Positions 10,936 to 22,100 of a stretch of 64,000 nt of DNA are shown piece after piece. The position numbers and the translations under genes were made by a program. The stretch covers positions 46,996,001 to 47,060,000 of the forward strand of contig OZ287752.1 in assembly GCA_965649765.1 (NCBI GenBank), written 5' to 3'. A model generated the notes under the pieces. That model worked only from the letters and a program-made list of their open reading frames with translations. It was not told the origin of the DNA and did no database searches. Within the stretch, counting starts at the first letter, position 1, and every line of letters starts with the position of its first letter. The stretch is from Bispira polyomma (lineage: Eukaryota).

Positions 10936-13007
10936 TAAGCAAAAAGGTTGTCAATACCTGCCCACTTACTCCATGAATAAATTAATAAAACAACACAGTT
11001 TGTGCCCAGTGTCCTATGCAGCATTAAAACAACAATGCAATACCTTACTTGTCTGCATTACCATTTGAGTGTAGTTTTAGAACTTAAGTCAGATTGGTGC
11101 GATATGACTGGTTTTAAGCAGGTAATATCAACGAAATTCACCTACTTACTTAATGCTACTTACTTAGTGCTTCATATAACTCGATATAACTCAATAGATG
11201 AATCGTTATCATCATTCTACTCAATATGGGAGGGGCTGTAAGAACCTACAAAACAACATAACAGTCGCTACTAGAGAATAGAGATCATTAGGCTAATCAG
11301 TGAAAGACATAAGAGAAACTGACCAAAACGTGCCTCTCAGGCCATTATGTGTAGGAGAATAGCCACATACACTCATTATAATTATAAATAAAGGTAAGGC
11401 GATGCAATTTTATGTTAATATAATTTTATATCATAATTTTGATGAATAAATGTAAAAAATATTTAAAAGTTACTGAATGTGATGTACCAATGTAAACTTG
11501 AACTGAGTAATTTATTAAACAAGGTCATTCAATAATATGGCCCAGAAAGCAGACAGTACTTTCTTTAAAAAGAAACACCTGATTTTAACAATAGGTATCA
11601 CCCAAACAGGAGTTTATGTACTAGGATGCCTCACACAGCACTTTTCTAAATATGAATTAGCCACAAATAGGCCTGTCTTCTCTACAGGCTATTTTCTCTG
11701 TAATCTGGCTAGTTTTGTAGGACCACATGCCAAAGGACAGTTAGAATTCAAGATACAAATCTGTGTTCATTCTATGGAGGTTACACAAGTATACTTCATC
11801 ATCGAATCGTGATGGGGTTATTGCTCTTGTTTTATATTTCAAAAGAATGATCTGTTTATAACCCTGCTGCTCTATTTGTAACGTAGAGACACATGGATAT
11901 CTTGGCCATAACTGTTTTACTTCCACTGTTAATAGCAGCCAGTGTAACATTATATAGTTCTCATTGATTTAACTCGGTTCACCAACTCTATTTGATTTCA
12001 TACAAGTAATCTGCATGTTTATATAGGGAATAAATCACGCCAATATTAACACACAGGAGGGGACAAGGAGGGCCTCAGAGGAGAACCATATCATGTCACT
12101 GATTACGGCTCTATTCAAAAGTAACAAAGCTCTTTATGTTGTGGACTTACACTGTGGATCACGTGTGCTGTCATAGGGACCCCAGGTACATTTAAATCCG
12201 GGTAATGTATCAGCAATCTGACGTCAACGGGATAAGGTTTGATCAGGGAGTAACAGACGTTTACCCAAACTTGTTATACACATATAATTATAGGTGGTAA
12301 TGGTCAGTCTTTGACACAGACTTACTTTGCAATGTGTGAATAGTGGACAAAGGGTAATGTCATCTGTATGACGTTATACGGGAACAATATGAATGATGTT
12401 AAGAATACCCTAAGGTTGGCACATGTCAACCTTACTCTGAGGAGAATCTCAATGCACCAGAAATCCTCTCTGCATACATGAATAAGCCAATAGAGCATTG
12501 TGCTTTGTTGTTTGGCTTGTCTTACGTGTCCCCGGAATCAATGCACACAAATCTTGTTAGTTCTTTGTCTGTATTGGTAGATTAGTCCGTGACAGACACC
12601 ACACACAAACACGTCCATAACACAACATTTCTCCACAGTAATTACCTGCGTTTTTACTGCCATGAAACCATTGGCAGTAAACGCCAAGAAGAATCCAATT
12701 ACACATCATATACTTTCCGGATATAAAGCTATCTTCAATCAATTAGAAAGCAAGGTATAACTAGTAGTTTTGTAAAGTAGCAACATGTTTATGGCGATTT
12801 GTCAGAAACTCAACACTGGAAGTGATTGATCTTGTGTATAAAGAGGCGCTCTAGTGTGGTAACCAGCCATTGATCAGCTATATGTACATTGGACACACAT
12901 TCACCATGTTACACCGATGGATATTGAGACCTACACACCAACGATCTACATAGTAAAAAACTTGTTTGCTTACATAATACTCTGTATGTTTGAAATCAAA
13001 GGAGAGG

Positions 13008-13105
13008 ATGAGGATTGCTAATTCTGACCTACAGCACGAAATAGACGTGCACCAGGGTAGTGTCACCATGGAAATAATCCCAGGATCTAGTGACACCAAG
13101 ACAAG
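13008..13105 (+). CDS. DTHD1-like putative first coding exon (MRIANSDLQHEIDVHQGSVTMEIIPGSSDTKT)
   Basis: First ATG after an in-frame TAA (12975). Donor AAG|GTAGGC is phase 2, matching the next exon. Confidence 0.5.
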
Positions 13106-16100
13106 GTAGGCAGAGTTAGAATAGTGATAAAAGTAGGCCGGGTTAACAGTCATACATGTAGGGTTCTATAAAAGCTGTTGCAGTGTGGTCAGTTGTCTAT
13201 ACAAGTAGTTGTAGTGTGGTCAGTTGTGTATATAAGTAGTTGTAGTGTGGTCAGTTGTGTATATAAGTAGTTGTAGTGTGGTCAGTTGTGTATATAAGTA
13301 GTTGTAGTGTGGTCAGTTGTGTATATAAGTAGTTGTAGTGTGGTCAGTTGTGTATATAAGTAGTTGTAGTGTGGTCAGTTGTGTATATAAGTAGCTGTAG
13401 TGTGGTCAGTTGCGTATATAAGTAGTTGTAGTGTGGTCAGTTGTCTATATAAGGAGTTGTAGTGTGGTCAGTTGTCTATACAAGTAGTTGTAGTGTGGTC
13501 AGTTGTCTATATAAGGAGTTGTAGTGTGGTCATTTGTCTGTATAAGTAGTTGTAGTGTGGTCAGTTGTGTATATAAGTAGTTGTAGTGTGGTCAGTTGTC
13601 TATATAAGTAGTTGTAGTGTGGTCAGTTGTCTGTATAAGTAGTTTTAGTGTGGTCAGTTGTCTGTATAAGTAGTTTTAGTTTGGTCAGTTGTCGCAGAAA
13701 TGAAACTTGTCTTTACTAACACCCACTAATGAGATTTGTCTGTATAAGTAGTTGTAGTGTGGTCAGTTGTGTATATAAGTAGATATAGTGTGGTCAGTTG
13801 TCTATAAAAGCTGTTGTAGTGTGGTCAGTTGTCTATATAAGTAGTTGTAGTGTGGTCAGTTGTCTATATAAGTAGATGTAGTGTGGTCAGTTGTCTATAT
13901 AAGTAGATGTAGTGTGGTCAGTTGTCTATCTAAGTAGTTTTAGTGTGGTCAGTTGTCTGTTTAAGTAGTTATAGTGTGGTCAGTTGTCGCAGAAATGAAA
14001 CTTCTTTACTAACACCCACTAATGTGAAACAAAGACATAACAGACAATAACAAACCCCCACTAATACGTCATTGCCACTGTCAGGTTAATCTATGCACTG
14101 TACTGTGTCAGCCAACCTTATTGATAGAAACAGTTAAAGAAATATCAGTACATGTACCTCTTATTTTGTATATAGCACAACTGTGTGTAGTTTATTGTAT
14201 CATAAATACATGTGTAGTTTTTTTTTCTTGGAAGTGTCTCTAGCATCTATTAGTCCTAACTTTTCCATGTTATGTGATGTTATTTGTGCTATATAATAAT
14301 TGTGTATAGTCCCACACCTTGTGTTTAGTAGGATCTAAATGTGTATGGATTTAATAAAACAAAGTGAAATCACTCACTTGAGCATAAAACTAACGGGTAT
14401 AAAGATGATTGTCCTTTTGGGTTGTAATTATACATTTTGATATGATGGATTATGCTACTTAAATCGCACGTAATTGGTTTATCTTATATTTTTTGTCACT
14501 GTTATTACAGTGTTGTCAAGGTGACCGACCCGGACAAAGGAGCCAGCATAAAGAAGAAGAGTAAGGCCTCAGAACAGCGGATGATACGTCATATAGGGGA
14601 GGACCCCTCCAGGTGGGTGGTATTACTGATATATAGGGGAGGACCCTTCCAGGTGGGTGCTATTACTGACGTATAGGGGAGGACCCTTCAGGTGGGTGGT
14701 TGTTCTGATATATAGAGGAGGCCCCTTCCAGGTGGGTGTTATTACTGATATATAGGGGGGGACCCCTCCAGGTGGGTGGTATTACTGATATATAGGGGAG
14801 GACCCTTCAGGTGGGTGGTATTACTGATATATAGTAGATGACCCTTCAGGTGGGTGGTATTACTGATATATAGGGGAGGACCCTTCAGGTGGGTGCTATT
14901 ACTGACGTATAGGGGAGGACCCTTCAGGTGGGTGGTTGTTCTGATATATAGAGGAGGCCCCTTCCAGGTGGGTGTTATTACTGATATATAGGGGGGGACC
15001 CCTCCAGGTGGGTGGTATTACTGATATATAGGGGAGGACCCTTCAGGTGGGTGGTATTACTGATATATAGTAGATGACCCTTCAGGTGGGTGGTATTACT
15101 GATATATAGGGGAGGACCCTTCAGGTGGGTGGTATGACTGGTATATAGGGGAGGAGCCCTCCTGGTGGGTGGTACTACTGATATATAGGGGAGGAGCCCT
15201 CCTGGTGGGTGGTACTACTGATATATAGGGGAGGAGCCCTCCTGGTGGGTGGTACTACTGATATATAGGGGAGGAGCCCTCCTGGTGGGTGGTACTACTG
15301 ATATATAGGGGAGGAGCCCTCCTGGTGGGTGGTATTACTGATATATTGGTCTTACTGATTGTAACAACAGACACATAAATATTGGATTGGTTTTAATTTT
15401 ACAAAGTAATAAACATGTTCTCAAAAGTTTACACCTTCAATTTGGTTTCAAAGAAAATACTCTACAACTCAATGTACATTGATACTAAATGGAGTCATTC
15501 AGTATTATAAAAATACAAATAGTGGTGTGTATCTTAATTATTTTCCTAGATGCTAGTAAGGCATTTGATAGAGTTCACTATGTAAACTTTATTTCTTCTA
15601 ATTGCATAAGGTTTATGTCCGTTTGCGTGTAAATTGCTTGTTTATATTTACTTTCACGAAACTGTTAATATTAAATGGGGTAATTGTATATCTTAGAATG
15701 TGCATGTATGTAGTGTGCAACTAGGAGGGATTATCTACAGTTCTGTTTTCCATTTACTTTGATGTCTTACTATAGAAACTTAAAGAGAGTGGGCTTGGTT
15801 ACCATATTATTATTATGCATTTTTAACGCGCTTTATTGATGCCAGGCATCTTCTAAAGCGCAACAGCAAAATCAGTGATCCAATCATAAAGTCCATGGGC
15901 ATAGCAAGGTCGTAAGGGTAGGGGGGTTAACAGCTGGTTAATCAGCAAGCTACCAGATTGGGTATTAACCCACCCCGTAGCATCCGGTGGCAAGGGGCGC
16001 AACTCCCTTTCACGCTTCACATGGTGAAGGGTGCCGTAGCCAAATTAGTGACAGTTTATGGGAGCTGTAGGATATGCTGATGATGAGGAAATGAGATGAG

Positions 16101-19100
16101 AATTTATACAACAGTATTGAATAACTTCATCAATGTGTGTAATGGCATGTTCAGGAGTTTTCATGTAGATATAAAATATTAGTTATATTAAACAAACTGT
16201 ATGTCATTATATAGTGCAATTCCTTGGGATTTGAGAGGCCAAGACACTAAAGTTATATACCACATGGCGTAAATGTTTACGAAAACTATTTAATGTGTCA
16301 AATATGACACATTCAAGATTCATCCGGATACTATTTGATGACATCCCTGCAGAATTGCAGTTATTTAAAAGATGTAATAAATTATTGCGGAAACGAGTGT
16401 CGAGTTGTGTCTTAAACTTGTGAGAAGAGGTAGTAATTCGAACATGATGAACGTAAACTACATTGCCAATGTTTTAGATGTGCCTAAATGGTCTATACTC
16501 ATGTCACTAAATCAGTTTGTAAAATTGATACAGTCTTATGTTCAGGGTTTAAACTCAGACATAGATTTCATTACAGTAGGTAATATAAAAGATTTGTTTT
16601 ATTTGGTGACACAAAAGATCATAAATTTAGCTTATGTGAAATTAATGACATGATAAGTTTCCTCTGTACTAATTAACTTTTTTATTTCTTGTTTGATCTT
16701 TGTAACTGTGTTTTTTTTAATGTGATTGAACAACTAATAATTGAAATAAATGATGATGATAATAAGAGATGATTCCATGTCAAGTCGGGTGAGTGCTATT
16801 CACTATTGTTACTTTGATTTGGTGTGGTTCAATACTTAGTTGTTTGGTGAATATATTGTTCACGTATTCTACCATAGTAAAAATGGAATAGATTCTTTGG
16901 TGGAGCAGATTTCACGTGTAAATTGAATGGAAGATATATTCCTTTTCAGGCTTGTTGGATTAATCCTTATGTGTATAAAAACCTGAAGACTGTCCATAGA
17001 AAAACTGCTAACTGAATGTATTGATAGAGTGAGTCCTATTGTATTGCTTGTCAAATGGTGTGTCTATAAGAGAGACTGGGACATGATTGAACGTCCAACA
17101 GAGAGCAGACGGTGTGCCGTTGGTAGGCATATAGAACCACAATCCCTGCTATGTGAGATTCATTCAATAATACATCACTACAACACAAGTGTTTGAAATG
17201 TGCAAAAGATTACTTCACCTCAGCATATGATTAATGATTCCACTGTGGTGTAATAAAGATTGCAATCAATATTTCCCAATATGACCGAACTGAATGGATA
17301 TAGCTATGTTCTTAATTGTTACGCTTAATAAAAACCTTTGAGACTTACTAAATTAGACTTTTGCATTGATCCTTTTTCTATTTGGACACTGTGAGCACTA
17401 TTGATCCAGGTAGATCTAACTCTGTCTCTGCATTGTTATTATTCAGATTAAACAATTGAGGTTTAATTAAAGCTTTAGGATAGAAATCAATCTGGTAACA
17501 TGTTTCCCGAGTGTATGTAAATATTTATAATACACTAAAACACTCGAAGAAAGATTGCTTAGTTATAATGCAATACTCTGTGATTAGTTCATCCCGTCTG
17601 TTAGATATATTGTCTCTTAGAATATGTGTGGTAGACAGATTAAGCTTGGGGTTGGTTGTCAAGCTAGATCAGGCGTTTTTATACATTCTATACACCCACA
17701 CCCATACTGTACATTACTAGACACTCTTTCACTAATAAGGATGATCACATTCATAGGTGTACATGTATTAACTATATAATGACTGTGTACATGTACTGAC
17801 TATTTAATGACTTTGTACATGTATTGACTATGTAATGACTGTGTACATGTATTGACTATGTAATGACTATGTACATGTACTAACTATGTAATGACTGTGT
17901 ACATGTACTAACTATGTAATGACTGTGTACATGTACTGGCTGTGTATGACTGTGTACATGTATTAACTATGTAATGACTGTGTACATGTATTGACTGTGT
18001 ATATGTACTTATTATGTAATGACTGTGTATATGTACTAACTATATAATGACTGTGTACATGTACTAACAATTTCATGACCGTGTACATGTATTAACTATG
18101 TAATGACTGTGTACATGTACTAACTATGTAATGACTGTGTATGTGTATTGACTATGTAATGTATGTTTTTTATAGTAACTATGTAATGACTGTGCACATG
18201 TATTGGCTATGTAATGTCTGTGTACATGTATTGACTATGTAATGTATGCTGTGTACATGTACTTACTATGTAATGACTGTGTACATGGTACTGTGGTGGT
18301 CTCCAATGACCTAGTGGCTAGGGAGTTCGTCAGGTGATCAGAATTTTCTGGGTTCAACACCCGGTACCAGCCGTTAGTTTTATTAGTGAGAGAAAATTCT
18401 TGAGAGCAAGATGTGAACACGCATTTGTCCATCTATATAATGGAAGTGTACATGTATTGACTATACCATGACTGTGTACAAATAAATGACTTGTTAGTCT
18501 TTCTTTAACTTTATCTTAAAGAGATACTGTCGTAGTTATTTATCACAATTTAATTGACCACGAGATTCATAATATAGAGTATGGTAAAACATAATCATTT
18601 ATCGACCCAAAATTATACATTAATAAAAAAAAGTCAGATGCCACAGCTTCCTACATATCTATACTGTGGTGATAAATCACCATTAAGTGAGACAGTGGCT
18701 AGTTTTGTGGTCTATCTCACTGGACATTGGAGTGCTATACTAGAGATAATCAATGACAGATATATCACGTCAGATTGACTAATTACCACTTGAGTGTCTA
18801 TCCATTATGGTACAGAAATATGTGTGTTAAAGAAATGTGTTATTGCTCAAATCAGCAATATCTTATCAAGATATTGTCGGTGAAATGTGTCAGTCTCATT
18901 ACCCGGGCATAGAAGCCAAGATATGTGTAACTTCACAGACTCTAGCAGGATACAGTAGAGAAATGAATGCATGGATACCGACTGTAGTATATAATTAATG
19001 CAATGACAAAAGAGCAAGTTGCAGACAAACGGAGTTATGCTAAGGGGTATGTAACACCGCCCGTCGTCTTGTTGTAAAGTGACGGCAATTGTGTGGCAAT

Positions 19101-22100
19101 ACTTTAAATGTCACATATATGTTTGTGTACACACAGGAAATTAGATCACAACTTTATATCACAAATCCACAAAATCGGAATATTCATTTATCTCTCAGGA
19201 GAGTTTGAAGAATGTAAAGATATCGTTATTATACAAGAACGTTATAGCACCGTGGCTTTACGCTGAAAGATGTGTTATTGGTGTTTGCTTAAGGCACAAT
19301 ATTTACAAATAAAGATTTGCCTATTTGATTTTGCAACATATCAAACTGTATTTTCAGGTTGATTGCGGAGCTGACTCCTGGTAAGAAAGGTGGTGACTAT
19401 GAGCTGCCATTCGGGGGTAGACTGTCAGTTCCAGCAGGACTTCTGGGAAAGAAAGACGTAGTGACATGTTGTATGATGTCACCATCTGACCGCTACAAAT
19501 ACCTGCCCCCAATCAGGTAGTCTTTATTGCTGGTTAGGGAACACTATGTCTGTAGGTGGAGTGTATTAGAGGGAGAGAAAAGCCTCTTAATCTAGTTTAC
19601 ATGTAAAGAACCAACAATGGAGGTGGTCTTCTTTTTACAGCAGATCTTCTCAGGTTGTAATCATAAGACACACAGAAAAAAGTTAAATTGCATTTGTTTT
19701 CAGTCTATTTATATTTTTAGTTTATTTTTTACAAGAATTATTAAATTATTTGTATTGTTTTAAAATTTCAGAAACAATGAACATCTTCTTAGCGAAGTAT
19801 TTTTGCTGGCAACAAGTTTGAAGTCCATAAAAGGGAGCATGAATCTAAAACTACCCTACTATGAGGAGAACATGGCCCTTTTTGACATTGACCTCTTATG
19901 GAAGAAAGTAGATGGCGAAGATTGGAATGGCAAAGAGTTTGAATTTAGTGTACGTAAAATTTTACATACGTAAGGCATCTTGGATCAAGCATGAATGGTA
20001 ACAGTACTTAATAGTTTGGTTAATACGTCCTATTCTCTGTACATAAAGAGATTCATAGCTTTAGTTTAGAATATATATTTATGGCATGTGAGACTAGTCA
20101 TTTTCCTTGACATTTAAAGAGAAACTATATATTTCAGTTGTTGCTGCTTTCAGTTTAGTAGTTAAAATATGTATTAATTATATTAGTGTAAGTGATGTTA
20201 CCAAATATATTTTACAGAAAAAGGGTCGTTTTGTGGAATTTCCAGTGGACAGTGGAGGTATTTTTGTGGTGATCTCCAAGCCAAAATGTGAGACATTTGC
20301 TATTCCTGTCCAGGGCTGTCTCTACAACTCCAAGCTGAGTCACCAAGTGTCCGTGAGATTTCCTAAGAAAGCCACAGGAATTGACCTACTCTGTGACCTT
20401 GTGGTGGGTAGTATAAAACAGAATGGTTCAAACTCAATCCCACTCACCAATAAGTCATTAATATAAATATGTTACCATGAATACTTGTATATGGATGTAT
20501 ATGTGATCCAAGCCATGATTTGCCCAGTAAATACGAGTAATCCATAAAAATGCCAGTAAATTTACTGGTTTTTAGGTCCAGTAAGTTCACATATTTATTG
20601 GATTTTCTCAGTATTCTTCAAGTGATGATTAACTAGTCACATTAAGAGGTTTTCATCCACATAGTGTATCAGTATGCGTTGGATGGGATTTTACATGTTA
20701 ATGAGTCCATCTCTATATAGGTCACTTTATTTAAGCACATTACATATACTATGTTGTCTATCATAAGTCTATGTTATACATACCATCCAATTTATTACAC
20801 CAATAATAATGTTACAATTAGTCTTCAAAATATTTACACAGAAATTGATTTGAAATAGTTTTTGCTCATATCAATGACATTTTCTTGTCTATCACATGCC
20901 TTGTGGTATGTTTAACTTTAATAATAAGTTGTACCAATTATTTAATTAGATTATTACAGAACATATGTGTACATTTATAAATGGTTGGTAATGGTAAGTT
21001 CGTTATTAATTTTTACAGGATAAACTAGAATGGCATTTAATCTGTATACTAGATACTCAGTAATACCTATTTAAGTTATAAATTTCACAGCACATTGGAG
21101 ATAGAGACAGTCAATAAAATGTGAATTTTACCATCTATGCAAAATTGTATAGTTGTACACCTATTTTTATACACACATTAAATTGTTATATTCTATTTAC
21201 ACTGACTTGTAAGCATTAAGGCTGAGGTTTACAATTAATAAAACATATGTAACTTTTGTATATCTGTTTATTTATAGCACAATGTCAACAAAATAAAGAA
21301 TTCATCTATCTATTTAAAATCATTTAAAGTTTACCTTAACATATTAATGGTATTCAAAGTTAAGAAGACTTGGGTATCACATATAAATGGATGGCCAGCA
21401 TTTTATATAGACAATTGTGAGTCTTTGATGAGATTTACCTTCCATGGAAGCCACATTTCACAGTTTTAGTCCCATCAAATGGTGTATAAAGGGTACTTTT
21501 GATCTAGTTATTATACTACCTTCAAAATAGTGTGGCCTTTACAGAAATGTAATTGTATCTTTAAAGTCTCAGTTAACTATTTTCAATAATATTACCTCAC
21601 TGTTATTAGTTTTTATTTAATGAAATAGTAATTTAAAATCAGTTTTTGTTTTTTCCAATTTTGAATATAATATAATATTAAATAAAAACAAATAAGAGTA
21701 TTTAATTTTTATACTATAGGGAAACCAATATTTTGACTAAACTTGTGTAAATAGACAAAGATATACATACAAGATACATGTGGTGTAGTGTGCATTAAAG
21801 TGACATAACTAAAGACAGACTCATTAATTTATAAAACACAAATCACCTAATAATACTAAATATAGTGTGTACATCGTATGCATGAGAAACACTGATGAAA
21901 TAACCAAACATTGATATTTATCTTTTGAATCTAAATGAAACACTCGAATGAAATGTTCACATTACACATGCTTACTGAAATGACAACCAGTAAACTTGTG
22001 AAATAATGGAGACTAAATTTCAGTAAATACACATATTTACTGATTTCGCATATTTACTGTAACATATACACCAATTATTATTTAAAAGAGTTATAAAATA

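Noticed and set aside
13175-15347. CRISPR-like appearance of regular 31-40 bp repeats (also at 44 kb and 57 kb)
   Set aside because: Head-to-tail repeats without unique spacers, no cas genes, and a eukaryotic context.
18296-18375. tRNA gene
   Set aside because: A and B boxes are present but there is no pairing cloverleaf or anticodon arm. It continues into SINE-like body sequence.
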